From a virus, in IMG/VR virus record IMGVR_UViG_3300043395_002432, positions 64,001-128,000 of that record: DNA of 64,000 bases. One strand, written 5' to 3'. Below the pieces are notes generated by a model. It was not told the origin of the DNA. It saw only the letters and a list, made by a program, of their open reading frames with translations, and did no database searches. The position numbers and the translations under genes are program-made. The stretch's first letter is position 1; every line of letters starts with the position of its first letter. This document shows positions 28,496 through 38,533 of this stretch, piece after piece.

Positions 28496-29161
28496 TCACG
28501 CTCGCGGCTTCGATCTTGGTGCCTTCTTCTTGATCTCCCCCATGAGCTGCGCCTGGATCGACTCTGGGGGCGGTAACGCAGGAAGCCGAAGGTTCGCCTC
28601 CACCGCACCAGCAAGCGCCGTGATCAACGCGTCAGCCTCATGGTCGTTCGCCGTCGCCGGGATCGGAAGCTGAATCTGACGCAAGCGCCCTAAAACCCAC
28701 GCCTTGACCTGCGCCTGCTTGATCTCCCGAGGAGGAGCGCGCCCCAAGACCAGCTTGCGCGCACGCGGGCTGGCAATCTCCCGAATGCCAGGAAAGGGAA
28801 GCGAAGTCTTGGTGCGCCACGCCTGCGCCACAGCAAGCTGGCACGCCCAATGCGCCCCACCGAGCTGCCCCATGCGCCCACCAGCCATTCCAAACGCCAT
28901 GCCCTCTATCGAGATCGCCACAACCTGCTCAGGCGCGTACTCCTCCAGAAGCACATGCACCAAGTGAGACAACGCGTCGCTTAGGTGCAACAGCCGACGA
29001 AGGTCGTCATTCTCTCCATCCCCCTTCTCGCTCTTGATCGTCAGGAGCCGAACCAACGCCCCCTCGGGCGTGCAGACCGCAACCCCCGTGTTCGAGAGCG
29101 AAGCGTCGATCCCCATCACCAAGCGCGATCTTCTCTCCCCGAGCTTCTCCACCTTGAACAT
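28496..29161 (-). CDS. ruvC: RuvC-like Holliday junction resolvase
   Basis: VMGIDASLSNTGVAV, SIEG, K..VKA, DHEADA. Confidence 0.8.
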   Translation of the reverse strand: MFKVEKLGERRSRLVMGIDASLSNTGVAVCTPEGALVRLLTIKSEKGDGENDDLRRLLHLSDALSHLVHVLLEEYAPEQVVAISIEGMAFGMAGGRMGQLGGAHWACQLAVAQAWRTKTSLPFPGIREIASPRARKLVLGRAPPREIKQAQVKAWVLGRLRQIQLPIPATANDHEADALITALAGAVEANLRLPALPPPESIQAQLMGEIKKKAPRSKPRA

Positions 29162-29214
29162 GCCGCCCCCCAATGGAAAAGCCCCAGAAGGGGCCACCGC
29201 TCTTGGTGTAGAGA

Positions 29215-29634
29215 TCAGCCCATCTGCCGAATCAGATCCGTCACCTCAGTGACCGTCTTGGGCGACAGCGAGATCAGGTACACCACCGAATCCTCCCGAT
29301 TCGCCTGAGGACGATTCCCGTACATGTCCCGCCAATTCCGCCGAAACTTGTCCAGATCAGGCGTCGCAGAACACTCCGACGCACGCTGCTCCGTGAGCTT
29401 CCCGAGCTTCACCTTCTGAACGTGACGAACCGTCCAAGCAGCGGGCGGCGCACCTTGCTCGTCAGACTCGAGGATCACCGAATTGTCGTGCCGACGAAGC
29501 GATACAGGCTTCAGCTCCGTAGGAGCCATTGCCTCCGTCATGTAGTGACGCGCCAGCACCAACGCCGGTCGATTGCCAGCGGACTTCCGCTGCTCGTAGT
29601 AGCTGTCCTCAATCGCACTGAGCTTGATCGACAT
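29215..29634 (-). CDS. hypothetical protein
   Basis: 139 aa, GAGGGG RBS. Confidence 0.55.
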   Translation of the reverse strand: MSIKLSAIEDSYYEQRKSAGNRPALVLARHYMTEAMAPTELKPVSLRRHDNSVILESDEQGAPPAAWTVRHVQKVKLGKLTEQRASECSATPDLDKFRRNWRDMYGNRPQANREDSVVYLISLSPKTVTEVTDLIRQMG

Positions 29635-29687
29635 TCATCCCCTCTTGGTGAACGACGCATTCGAATGCGTCTCAGCTCGAGAGTAAC

Positions 29688-30182
29688 CTACTTCGCCAAG
29701 CCACGCTGCTGACATTCCCAGCGATACCGACGCATTGCCAGATCCGCATTCGTGAGTTCGCACTCGATCTCGAAAGCGTAGAGCGGGTACTTCCGATCCA
29801 CCGTCCGTCGCCCCTCAGGCGAAACAAGCGTCATGGTGCGCGGAATCGGCTTCTGCTGGTGGAACCGATGCTGCTCCAGAAGGAAGTCGCTCTCCTTTAC
29901 CCGGTAGACGAGAAGGGAGATGGCGTAGTGCGACTCAAGCCACCAGTCCTTCTCTCCCTTCGGATCAAACCAATCCGTAAGGTGATTCGCAAAAAGACCC
30001 AGAACCCCAGGAATCGCTTTCGCCTGCGGCCTCATCACCGTCAGAAGCGCCTGATCGATCTTCTTCAGATGCTCCTCCTCCCGAAGGAGCGAAAGCGCGA
30101 AGGGCTTGCGATACGAATCCCACCACTGCAAGATCTGCTCCCTCATCCGCACCAACGTCGCCTCGTGCGGAGCAGGGGTCAC
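29688..30182 (-). CDS. hypothetical protein
   Basis: 164 aa, GTGA overlap. Confidence 0.55.
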   Translation of the reverse strand: MTPAPHEATLVRMREQILQWWDSYRKPFALSLLREEEHLKKIDQALLTVMRPQAKAIPGVLGLFANHLTDWFDPKGEKDWWLESHYAISLLVYRVKESDFLLEQHRFHQQKPIPRTMTLVSPEGRRTVDRKYPLYAFEIECELTNADLAMRRYRWECQQRGLAK

Positions 30183-30658
30183 CGTGAAAGCTCCTCGTTG
30201 AACTCAGCAAAGACCGAAGAAGGCACCAAGACCCACTCAGACTCGCACAGCGGATCGCTCACCTTCAACTTGATCTCCAACGCAGGAAGACGCCCCTCCC
30301 CACGCGCCTCATTCGTGATCTTCTCAAGCCACTCGCCCTTCACACTGATCGAGCCGTGGATCGTTTGCTTCATCTCGATCAGGAAGGCACGCGTTTGCAC
30401 GTCCCCCTTCGATAACGCGCTGCTCCCACTCCCAGGCTTCACACGCCCACCATACCGAGACGCCGAAACCTTCTCCTGAAGCGACGCCCGATCCCGATTC
30501 GAACGCTCCACAGGCGTCGACCGAATCGCCTTCCGCTCCTCGTACCGCGAACGCGCCTCTCGCCTCAATGCCTCTCGCTCCTCAGCCTCAGCACGAAGAC
30601 GAGCCTCGCCCTCCTCCTCTGACTCGAACCGACTCCGAACCCGAAATCCCTTGATCAT
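30179..30658 (-). CDS. Hjc-like PD-(D/E)XK nuclease/resolvase
   Basis: QE.......GG...PGSG.....KGDV....FLIEMKQT...SISVK..WLEKI..EA. Confidence 0.8.
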   Translation of the reverse strand: MIKGFRVRSRFESEEEGEARLRAEAEEREALRREARSRYEERKAIRSTPVERSNRDRASLQEKVSASRYGGRVKPGSGSSALSKGDVQTRAFLIEMKQTIHGSISVKGEWLEKITNEARGEGRLPALEIKLKVSDPLCESEWVLVPSSVFAEFNEELSR

Positions 30659-30695
30659 GTCTCACCCCGATGAACGAATTCGAATTCGCCACACC

Positions 30696-30730
30696 AAGAA
30701 GGGGGAGCGAAGTCTCCCTCGCTCCCCCCT
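30696..30730 (-). terminator. intrinsic terminator after recA
   Basis: AGGGGGAGCGAG-GGAGA-CTTCGCTCCCCC-TTCTT. Confidence 0.6.
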
Positions 30731-30750
30731 CGCGCCCCCTCAGTGAGAGG

Positions 30751-32196
30751 TCACTTCTTCTTCGCCGCCTTCGCAGCAGCACGCGACTCAGCCTCCGTAC
30801 TCACCAAGTCCATGCCCGCAAAGCGAACCTTGAACGCACGCTCCGCCAACTTGCGATTCGAAGGATCAGCACGAAGCCATACCTTCGCCTCGTCCTGATT
30901 GCGGAACGTCACGTCCTCCATGCCAATCCCGTCAAGATGCAGAACCAACTTGCCAGGAAGGGACTCCATCACCGCACACGACGACTTCAAGATCAACTTG
31001 AAGAAATTGTCGAAGTCCTCAATCTCCCCAGCACGCCACCCATCCATGTCCACCAACCGCTGAGCGTACCGTGCCTTCCGATTCGCAGGAGCGAACTTGT
31101 TCTTGGTGACCGTTACCCCAACCTCAATACGATACGCAATCTCCGCCACGTCCGCATCCCTGATCCCAGATCCAGCCCACCTCGGATCTTCCATCCGCTC
31201 CACCTTCGAAGCAGACAAATCCACAATCAACGCAGCCGCGAACAACTGCCCCTTCCCCCCACTCATCGTCCGAGGATCGCCAAACGCAATCCCAATCTTG
31301 TCACGCCACTGCTGAATCCAGATCGACGTCACAGGACGACCACGAAGCGATGCCATGTTGGTGCATTGCCCAACCACACGGAACATGCGGTTGAGGAGAC
31401 GCGCATGCACGCCCATCATCGACTTGTCCGCAGACTCCTGAACCTCAATGTCAGGCGACATGGCAGCAAGCGAATCCACAATCACCATGTCCACCAAGCC
31501 ACTGTTGATCAGCTCAGTGTAGATGTTCGTCACTTGCTCAGCCGAAGGCGGAATCACACGGTACATCGTCCTCGCATACGCAAAACGATTCACCCACGCC
31601 GCGTCGAACGTCCCCTCCACGTCGATCACCGCCACATTGAACGGACGATACGAATTCGCCAGCAGCTCCTCATGCAGCGCCTGCCACTCCGCAAAGCCCT
31701 TCGCCTTCGGATCAGGACGAGGCCCAAGCGGATGCCGAATCACCTTCTGCGCGTAACAGTCGCACGACCCCACCAACGCCCACGTCGCCTCCTCCTCAGG
31801 ATCGTCCGCAGGAATGTCCACCTCCTGCACGTCCACAGCAGGCCGATAGCACCGCGAACACAGAAGCTGACCCTGCCCAGCAGTCCGCCAAGCCGTCAAC
31901 GACTTGCCACTCGACTGCGTCCCCACCAAGATCGTCCCATGCCCAACAGGGATGCCAGCCGTCCCATCCCCATTCACACCAACCGCCAGATCCAGCTCGA
32001 AACACCCCGTCGAGATCCGACGAACATTCATCGACGTCGGCTGGTGGATCGTCGCAACCCCCGTCTGCCCATTGATCCGACTCGTCAACTTCCGAAGCTC
32101 ACCAGCCGACGATAGAGCCGCAGATCGCAACGCCTGGATCGACGGCTCCACCAACGAAGTCGAATTCGTTTCCTCTTGAGCCTGCTTGAATGCCAT
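30751..32196 (-). CDS. recA: RecA/UvsX recombinase with Cys-rich insertion
   Basis: ISTG..ELDLA.G..GIP.G, GTQSSGKS, IDVEG.FD, VIVDSLAAM, MG..ARL, Q.RDKIG..FGDP....GG, KNKFAP. Confidence 0.93.
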   Translation of the reverse strand: MAFKQAQEETNSTSLVEPSIQALRSAALSSAGELRKLTSRINGQTGVATIHQPTSMNVRRISTGCFELDLAVGVNGDGTAGIPVGHGTILVGTQSSGKSLTAWRTAGQGQLLCSRCYRPAVDVQEVDIPADDPEEEATWALVGSCDCYAQKVIRHPLGPRPDPKAKGFAEWQALHEELLANSYRPFNVAVIDVEGTFDAAWVNRFAYARTMYRVIPPSAEQVTNIYTELINSGLVDMVIVDSLAAMSPDIEVQESADKSMMGVHARLLNRMFRVVGQCTNMASLRGRPVTSIWIQQWRDKIGIAFGDPRTMSGGKGQLFAAALIVDLSASKVERMEDPRWAGSGIRDADVAEIAYRIEVGVTVTKNKFAPANRKARYAQRLVDMDGWRAGEIEDFDNFFKLILKSSCAVMESLPGKLVLHLDGIGMEDVTFRNQDEAKVWLRADPSNRKLAERAFKVRFAGMDLVSTEAESRAAAKAAKKK

Positions 32197-32255
32197 CGCT
32201 TCCCTCTCTTGGTGCCTCTTATCCCGAAAAGAGGAAGGAAGCAGCGGCGAGCGCC

Positions 32256-32819
32256 TTAGCGAGGAAGCGTAGAAGCCCTCGAAGAGAGATCCCGCAGCCG
32301 CTGCGTCAGCCGTACCTCAAGCTCCCGATACGCCTGCAGGAACTCCACGTTCGAGGGGCCAAAGGAACGCTCCGAAGTGACCTGCGGCTTCAGGTACTCA
32401 GAACGCCCCCCAGCCAACTGACTCTCAGCCCCCTTGAAGGTACGCCCGTACACCAAGCGCAACGTCCCCATGACCGCAGGAGGCATCACCGGAAGCTCCT
32501 GAACCTCAGGCTTCCCCCGAAGGATCGAAGCCCGCTCCAACGAGAGGACGTAGAACACCAACGCGTCCGCATGCCCCACCAAGACCTCGTCCGTCACCTC
32601 CTTCCGAGATCCCACCAAGGTCACCCCAACCCCAATCGAGAGGAATTCGAATTCGGGGAACGGGATCGTGATCTCCAGCGAAGTCCCAGCACTGATCCGA
32701 TCCTCCTCAGCGACGTCCCGAACACGAACCGAACGTGATGAGACGAATGAGGTCGACAACGCGGGCTGCTCCCGGTCGCGGTCGAAGGCTACAGTGGGCG
32801 ACTGAGGGGAAATGAGCAT
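32256..32819 (-). CDS. hypothetical protein
   Basis: Likely start MLISPQ with GGAG RBS; internal duplication (G.SLEITI..P.FEFL vs GRTFK......GGRSEYL). Confidence 0.55.
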   Translation of the reverse strand: MLISPQSPTVAFDRDREQPALSTSFVSSRSVRVRDVAEEDRISAGTSLEITIPFPEFEFLSIGVGVTLVGSRKEVTDEVLVGHADALVFYVLSLERASILRGKPEVQELPVMPPAVMGTLRLVYGRTFKGAESQLAGGRSEYLKPQVTSERSFGPSNVEFLQAYRELEVRLTQRLRDLSSRASTLPR

Positions 32820-32990
32820 GCTTGACTCTCCGACCCCTAAGCTAAGCCCAACAGAGCCGAGGAGAAGCCATGAACAGCCCCCTTGACAGATCCTTAGCGG
32901 AAGCTGCGAGGGCTTCCCTGCCGGGGGCTTCGCCGTCGACTCGCATGCGAGCGACGGCGAGGGGCCTGTCGGTGCGAACCCTCTGTATAA

Positions 32991-33362
32991 GAGTGTCTTA
33001 GTTCGGGAAGAAGAGATCCGCATGAAAGGCAGCGAATCCACTCGTACTTTCGACGAGTCTCAGACCCCGGAGGTACGGACAGCGCAGCCCCGTGGAGCCG
33101 AGACGTCGAAGCCAGGAGCCGTGACACCAAGAGCGACGAGGGCGACATCCCCAGCCCCATGAGAGTGTCTTAGTTCGGGAAAAGGTTGTAGGCGTAGATC
33201 GCTGCGAATTCGACCGTACTTCGAAGGGCCATGACGCTCGGAACGCTCTGACAACGACGCCACGGGACGGCGCACCAAGTCGCGGTCACCCCGCCTATCA
33301 GAGTGTCTTAGTTCGGGATCACGAAGTTATGGATCTACGCCAGCTTTCAGATCGTACTTTCG
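32991..33362. repeat. 62-bp bipartite element, copies 3-5 (starts 32991, 33163, 33301)
   Basis: GAGTGTCTTAGTTCGGGA in each copy, with [TC]CGTACTT exactly 51 bp downstream; lies in a ~600-bp gene-free gap. Confidence 0.92.
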
Positions 33363-33451
33363 GCTCCACGAAGCACCAAAGCCCCAGGGTCGCTGGGGCT
33401 TCGCGCACCCCATGTCGCTGGGGCTTCGCGCATTCGAATTCGTCGACGAGG

Positions 33452-35122
33452 TCAGCCCCCGGATCGCACCACAGGAGGACGCTTGACGTAGCGCGCCAGC
33501 TCCGAGAGCGATCCATCCTGCGGTAAGCTCTGACGCGCACCAATGGAGTTGTAGAACTCGATCCGCCGAACCGCCTTCCGCATGAAGCGCGTGTTCGTCT
33601 GCACCATGTCCACGACGACCGGATCAGGCTTGCCCGTACACGTCCCAGCCCGCCACGGACACCGCTCGCCACACTTCTTGGTGGGAGGACAGTGACGACG
33701 AATCCGCCCCACCATCTGCTCCACGTCGCTGAACGGCATGCAGAGGATCATGGTGTCAAGCGACTGGTTGTTATACCCCTCCTCGATCATCTGCTTGGTA
33801 GACAAGATGATCTGACAGTTATTGAACACCTCCAGCTCTTGCTCCGTCACCGCACGCTTCTTGAGCGTCTCCTCCTTGTAGATCGGCTGCTTGGTGTCAG
33901 GATCGAACTCAGGCCGCTGCCCCGTCGCCCAGCCCACCGTGATCTGCGAGAGCCACCGACGTGAAGCGTCCCCCTGCTCCAGCGCCTTCGTCGCCCACTC
34001 CTTCTCCTCCTGAAGGTAGCCCCAGAAAAGCGTAAGCTGCTCGATCCGCGTCGACAGCAGCATGACCTTCCGCCCCAACGCAGCCGCCTTCAATGCCTCA
34101 GCCACACAGCTCCGGTTGTGATGCTCGTTCTGCGCGATGATGTTGTCCACTTCCGCCGAATTTGCGTTCTCAGGGTCAATCCACTTGCCCCACTTCCGAA
34201 AGAAGGGAATCTCCCCCGCGTTCACGAATTTCACAATGGGCCGTCGACTCTCGGTCTTAGCCGCGTACCCAATCTCCCCGAAGTTATCCAAGAAGGCCCG
34301 CTCGCAGCCGTCCTTCCGCCGAGGGGTAGCTGTCAACGCCAGCCGGTAGGCTGCGCTGAATTTCGGAACCACGATGCTGAACGTGTCAGATCCCGTCCGG
34401 TGTGCCTCGTCCACGACGACCGTACCGAAGTACGAATACACTTCCTCTGGATATTGTCTCTGCGAAAGGGAATGGATCATCCCGATCACAATGTCCTTCC
34501 CCTTGTAGTCACAGACCGGCCCCTGAATCTTGCCGATCTTCGCCCCCGGAAGGAAGGTCTGAATCTCCTCCTTCCACTGCTTCATGAAGAACTCCTTGTT
34601 GACGACCACCAAAGCGGTACGCCCAAGTCGATAGATCGCACGAAGCGACGAGGCGGTCTTGCCGAAGGCGCAGGAGGCTTTCAGGATCGACCCGCCCCAA
34701 GGCTTGTCCTCCAAACCCTGACATTCCGCAGGCAAATGCCCCTCGCGCACCTTGCTGTACTGCCCCATCTTGACGAGGATCTGATCAATGGCCCTCGGCT
34801 GCTCCTCGTAAGGAGCCTGATCCGACCCACGAAAGCCCCCCGCAATGCATTCGGCGCTTAGCGCCTCTCCCCGAGAGACCTCGAGGATCTCTTGGTGCGG
34901 AGCCGTCTTGTTCCGAGCGTACCACATGCGCGGGACGTAGATCGCCTCGTCGTCCTCCCGGTAGAGCTTCAGCGGCCCTCGCGCCTCCCCTATGTCGCTC
35001 GTCGACTGAGGCTGGATCGTGAGGTTGCCCCGAATCACCAAGAGCGCGTCCTCTTTCAATCCGTCAGCAGCCCCAGCCCCATGCTTCGGGAGCCGCACCA
35101 TAGAACCGATCCTGACCTGCAT
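33452..35122 (-). CDS. superfamily 2 helicase (UvsW/ResIII-like)
   Basis: CAFGKT, VVDEAH, LTATP.RKDG, EG...LDT, EQMVGRI.R. Confidence 0.9.
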   Translation of the reverse strand: MQVRIGSMVRLPKHGAGAADGLKEDALLVIRGNLTIQPQSTSDIGEARGPLKLYREDDEAIYVPRMWYARNKTAPHQEILEVSRGEALSAECIAGGFRGSDQAPYEEQPRAIDQILVKMGQYSKVREGHLPAECQGLEDKPWGGSILKASCAFGKTASSLRAIYRLGRTALVVVNKEFFMKQWKEEIQTFLPGAKIGKIQGPVCDYKGKDIVIGMIHSLSQRQYPEEVYSYFGTVVVDEAHRTGSDTFSIVVPKFSAAYRLALTATPRRKDGCERAFLDNFGEIGYAAKTESRRPIVKFVNAGEIPFFRKWGKWIDPENANSAEVDNIIAQNEHHNRSCVAEALKAAALGRKVMLLSTRIEQLTLFWGYLQEEKEWATKALEQGDASRRWLSQITVGWATGQRPEFDPDTKQPIYKEETLKKRAVTEQELEVFNNCQIILSTKQMIEEGYNNQSLDTMILCMPFSDVEQMVGRIRRHCPPTKKCGERCPWRAGTCTGKPDPVVVDMVQTNTRFMRKAVRRIEFYNSIGARQSLPQDGSLSELARYVKRPPVVRSGG

Positions 35123-35216
35123 CCGATCCCCCAACGAGCGAGAGGCTTGAGAAACGCATTCGAATGCGTTCCCCAAGCCCCTTTATCCCGAACTCACCAA
35201 GAGGCGAGTTTCGCCC

Positions 35217-36245
35217 TTAGAACGGGACGTCGTCGTCGCCGTCGAACGAGCCGCCATCCGCCGCGCCCGTCGCCTGCTTGATCTTGTCCTTCAGCGACCC
35301 CACACCAAGAACCTCCGCCAGCCGCTGCGCCATCCCGTACCGCTGCTCCAGCTCCAGCCCCGAGTAGATCGGCAGCTCGGCAGCGGTGAACGGCGCGAGG
35401 CTGGTGTACTTCATGCGCGCCTCGCACTTCGAGAAGTCCCCGAAGATCTGGGGGTTGTCCGCCACCAGCTTCTTCAGCGCCACCAAGCCGTCCTCGGGCG
35501 AGGAGTAGCGCAGCCGGTAGTTGGTGGACTTGTCGATCCCCTTCAGCCAGGGAGCCACACCCTCCTCCTGAATCGAGAGGAGATCCTTCACCGACCACTC
35601 CGTCCCGCAAGAGGAGGTCTGCTTCCCAGACCGCTTGGCCACGAAGATCCCACCAAGGGCCGAACCACCCCACTTCTCGGCGCGGGCGTTCATGAAGAGC
35701 TTGAAGTCGCCGCCCGGAACCCAATTGCCCTTAGCGTCCTTGCTGGTGATGCTCATGAGCGCCAGCCGCTTCCCGAACTGGTACTCCTTCCCGTTCGAGA
35801 CGTCGGGCAGGACGCCCCGACCGAGATCGTCGGCCTTGGCAAGCGTTCCCAGCACCAAGACCGGGACGATCATCTTGGTCTGCGGACGCCGAGGAGCGCC
35901 GTCAGGATCGAGCTTCCCGTCCTTGTTGATCCGGGTCTCGCAGATCGGGCAGTAGTCGTCCACCTTGTCCTTCCCAGCGGGCGGGATCACCTTGGGGCAG
36001 ACCACGAAGTTGTCAGTCGCCCCAGAGAAGCCGAGCTTCTGGAAGGCGAAGCCGATGTTGTGGATCGGCATACGGATCGGGCTGTCGGTGAGGCACATGA
36101 CGAGCTGGGCCGTGTCGGGCTTCACCGAGAAGGGGAAGGGAACCCGCGTGGCACCACCGCCAGCACCACCACCAGGGGAGGCACGCCGGAAGGGATCGGC
36201 GTAGGGATCGGTAGGATCGAAGTCGAAGCTTGGGATCTGGGACAT
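35217..36245 (-). CDS. single-stranded DNA-binding protein (gp32-like)
   Basis: H...C...CPICE Zn ligands, KRSG..TS motif, acidic C-terminal DGDDDVPF; lies between primase and helicase genes. Confidence 0.75.
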   Translation of the reverse strand: MSQIPSFDFDPTDPYADPFRRASPGGGAGGGATRVPFPFSVKPDTAQLVMCLTDSPIRMPIHNIGFAFQKLGFSGATDNFVVCPKVIPPAGKDKVDDYCPICETRINKDGKLDPDGAPRRPQTKMIVPVLVLGTLAKADDLGRGVLPDVSNGKEYQFGKRLALMSITSKDAKGNWVPGGDFKLFMNARAEKWGGSALGGIFVAKRSGKQTSSCGTEWSVKDLLSIQEEGVAPWLKGIDKSTNYRLRYSSPEDGLVALKKLVADNPQIFGDFSKCEARMKYTSLAPFTAAELPIYSGLELEQRYGMAQRLAEVLGVGSLKDKIKQATGAADGGSFDGDDDVPF

Positions 36246-36410
36246 GGTCTTGGTGCCTTGTTGCCTTACGGCTGTTGTTGGCTTTGCTTGCGCCGCTTGC
36301 GATCCTGATTGATCGCTGCCCGCCCCTTCTATATACCCTGGGCGACCAAAGAGGTCGAGGAATCCCGTGTAAGCCAATCGTCAAGTGGGCAGGAACGAAT
36401 TCGAATTCGC

Positions 36411-37565
36411 TCAGAGCTGGATCGTCGCCCGACGCACCCCAGCCTCCAGCGGAAACTCCGAATCGCGCACCAAGCGGAGACGCTCGTTCAGCACGTCCAC
36501 ATGCTCTTGGTGCATCTCCCCTGGATCTTTCACCCCCGGCGGGAGCAGGATCGTGATCAGCGCACGCCCAGGCTCATTGAATCGAAGGAAGTTGTCCACC
36601 TCCCGGTTCATCCCCCGACCCGCGTCGTCCTGATCCCCCATTGTCGCAAGCGGCATCGTTGGTGCAATCCGAGCCGAGATCTTCCGAATCTGACTCCACG
36701 CAGGGTGCGCCCCCATGATCGCCAACGGGGAAGCCTCCAGCCCCAAGCTCAGCGGTCGAAGGACGTCGAGGAAGCCCTCCACGAAGATCGGGATCGCATT
36801 CGCCTTGTAGTAACGCTCCCCGTACAGAAGGATCGACTTCTCCATCCCAGGAGTATGGTAGTACTTCGGATGATTGTGACCGCAACGCTTACACACGCTA
36901 AGCGGCTTCTCAAGCGTAGCGTCGCACCGCTCACAGATGCATGACGTCCTGTAGCTCCGCGCCGAAATCCCATGCACGACCCCAAGCTGATCTCGAATCG
37001 GGAAGATCGCACGCTGACGACGACGATCCGTCATCACCCCAAACCACGCAAGAACGTCAGGAGAGATCCCCCGATCCACCAAGTACTGCGGCACCTCATC
37101 GTCATACGACTGAAGCTCGTCCATTGAGAACGACGAATTCGACTTCGGTCGATACGACGTCTCCGTTGGTGCCACATGCGGTCGAACCACCGGCTCGAAC
37201 TTCACACGCTCCAGCGCATGATTCGACGACACCCACCGCAACGAACTCAGCCGCGAGAGGTTGAAGGGATCTTCCTCTCCCCGATCCTCCTGCCGCTCTT
37301 GCACATGCGAAAGGAGATCCCAAAAACGCTCGCCAAGCTGGTGCGCGAAGTACATCACCAGCCCTTCGAGCTTCCCCGTATGCCCGCAGCCAAGGCAGCA
37401 ATAACCAGGGATCGTCCCCGGAGGAGACTCCAAGACCGCAAACGAAGGCGACCGGTCGTCATGGAACGGACAGCAAGCCAACACCTTCTTCGCTTTGACC
37501 TTCACCTCCTTCAGGCCGAGCTGGTGCAGGACGAGCGCAATCGCCTCCGGGCTGGTGTTCATCAT
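36411..37565 (-). CDS. dnaG: DnaG-type primase
   Basis: CPFHDD.SPSF...C.GC Zn finger, YL.DRGI, R.IFPI, KY, IFVEG.LD, GDQDDAG TOPRIM, KDP. Confidence 0.9.
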   Translation of the reverse strand: MMNTSPEAIALVLHQLGLKEVKVKAKKVLACCPFHDDRSPSFAVLESPPGTIPGYCCLGCGHTGKLEGLVMYFAHQLGERFWDLLSHVQERQEDRGEEDPFNLSRLSSLRWVSSNHALERVKFEPVVRPHVAPTETSYRPKSNSSFSMDELQSYDDEVPQYLVDRGISPDVLAWFGVMTDRRRQRAIFPIRDQLGVVHGISARSYRTSCICERCDATLEKPLSVCKRCGHNHPKYYHTPGMEKSILLYGERYYKANAIPIFVEGFLDVLRPLSLGLEASPLAIMGAHPAWSQIRKISARIAPTMPLATMGDQDDAGRGMNREVDNFLRFNEPGRALITILLPPGVKDPGEMHQEHVDVLNERLRLVRDSEFPLEAGVRRATIQL

Positions 37566-38083
37566 GAGAGAAGCCACATGAGCGAACCCTGCACCAAGCT
37601 CCACAGGAGGCTCGAGAGGACGATAAAGCCAGCCCGCTGCATCTGCGTCCGCCCCTCCACCGAGACGAACTCCACGATGAAGGTCGAGAACTCGATCTGC
37701 CGCGCCTGAAGCCGAAGCCAGAGCGAGATCGGCCCCTCTTGCCCGTTCAGACGGAAGACCCGGTGCGAGAGCGTCCGCTCCCAGAAGAAGCCAAGCGCCA
37801 CCTGAAGCGGGATCGTCGCCAGCGTAGGAGCGATGGCAATCCCCCCGAGGAGGAGGGCAAGGAGCCGAACGAGCGCCACCTTGGTGTGGTAGCCGTACAG
37901 CACAGAGGGCCGATCCTCGATCTTGTCAGGATTGACCTCGGCCTCCCCCTCGGGAACCAGATCCGGTAGAAGGAATGCTTGAACATTCACCTCCTCAGGA
38001 CGGTAGAGAAGGTAGACCCCGATCTGCACCAAGGTCACAACGAGCATGAGAAGGATCGTTTCCATGCCCCAATGATAGCGCAC
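37562..38083 (-). CDS. membrane protein
   Basis: Three to four hydrophobic segments; start uncertain. Confidence 0.55.
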   Translation of the reverse strand: MRYHWGMETILLMLVVTLVQIGVYLLYRPEEVNVQAFLLPDLVPEGEAEVNPDKIEDRPSVLYGYHTKVALVRLLALLLGGIAIAPTLATIPLQVALGFFWERTLSHRVFRLNGQEGPISLWLRLQARQIEFSTFIVEFVSVEGRTQMQRAGFIVLSSLLWSLVQGSLMWLLS

Positions 38084-38086
38084 TCC

Positions 38087-38533
38087 TCAGGGAAGCGACT
38101 GCGCCTCGAACCCTGAAGGCGTCAACGAGATCGAACGCACCCCAAGCCTCCTCATCTCCCGCGCCAAGATCGAGAGTTGCAAGCTTGGTGCTGGGGCCGA
38201 CGATGCCAGCCGCATCTGCTCCTCAAGCGAGGCATGCGCGACCACCTTGCGCGCCTCTCGCATGTACGCCGTCCGAACCTTCTTCCCAAGAAGCTCCCGA
38301 CACCGCTTGTTCGTCAAATGCGGATCTTCCAGAAGCATCAGCACCAACGGGATCATGTACCGCGAACGAAGCGTCAGATCCGACGCAATCCGCTGATCGT
38401 CCTGAATCCGCTTCGGATCGTACCGATACACCGTCGCCACGAAGGGGGTCTGCGGAAGCTCATGCGTCGGCTCCGCCGGAGGCGGAGGCGGAGGCAACGT
38501 CAGCCCAAGTAACTCCTTCACTTTTTCCCACAT
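38087..38533 (-). CDS. hypothetical protein
   Basis: 148 aa, AGGAG RBS. Confidence 0.55.
   Translation of the reverse strand: MWEKVKELLGLTLPPPPPPAEPTHELPQTPFVATVYRYDPKRIQDDQRIASDLTLRSRYMIPLVLMLLEDPHLTNKRCRELLGKKVRTAYMREARKVVAHASLEEQMRLASSAPAPSLQLSILAREMRRLGVRSISLTPSGFEAQSLP

Noticed and set aside
32991-33362. CRISPR array interpretation of the 62-bp repeats
   Set aside because: Unit spacing is 172 and 138 bp, the repeat is bipartite, copies are dispersed at three loci, and no cas gene is present.
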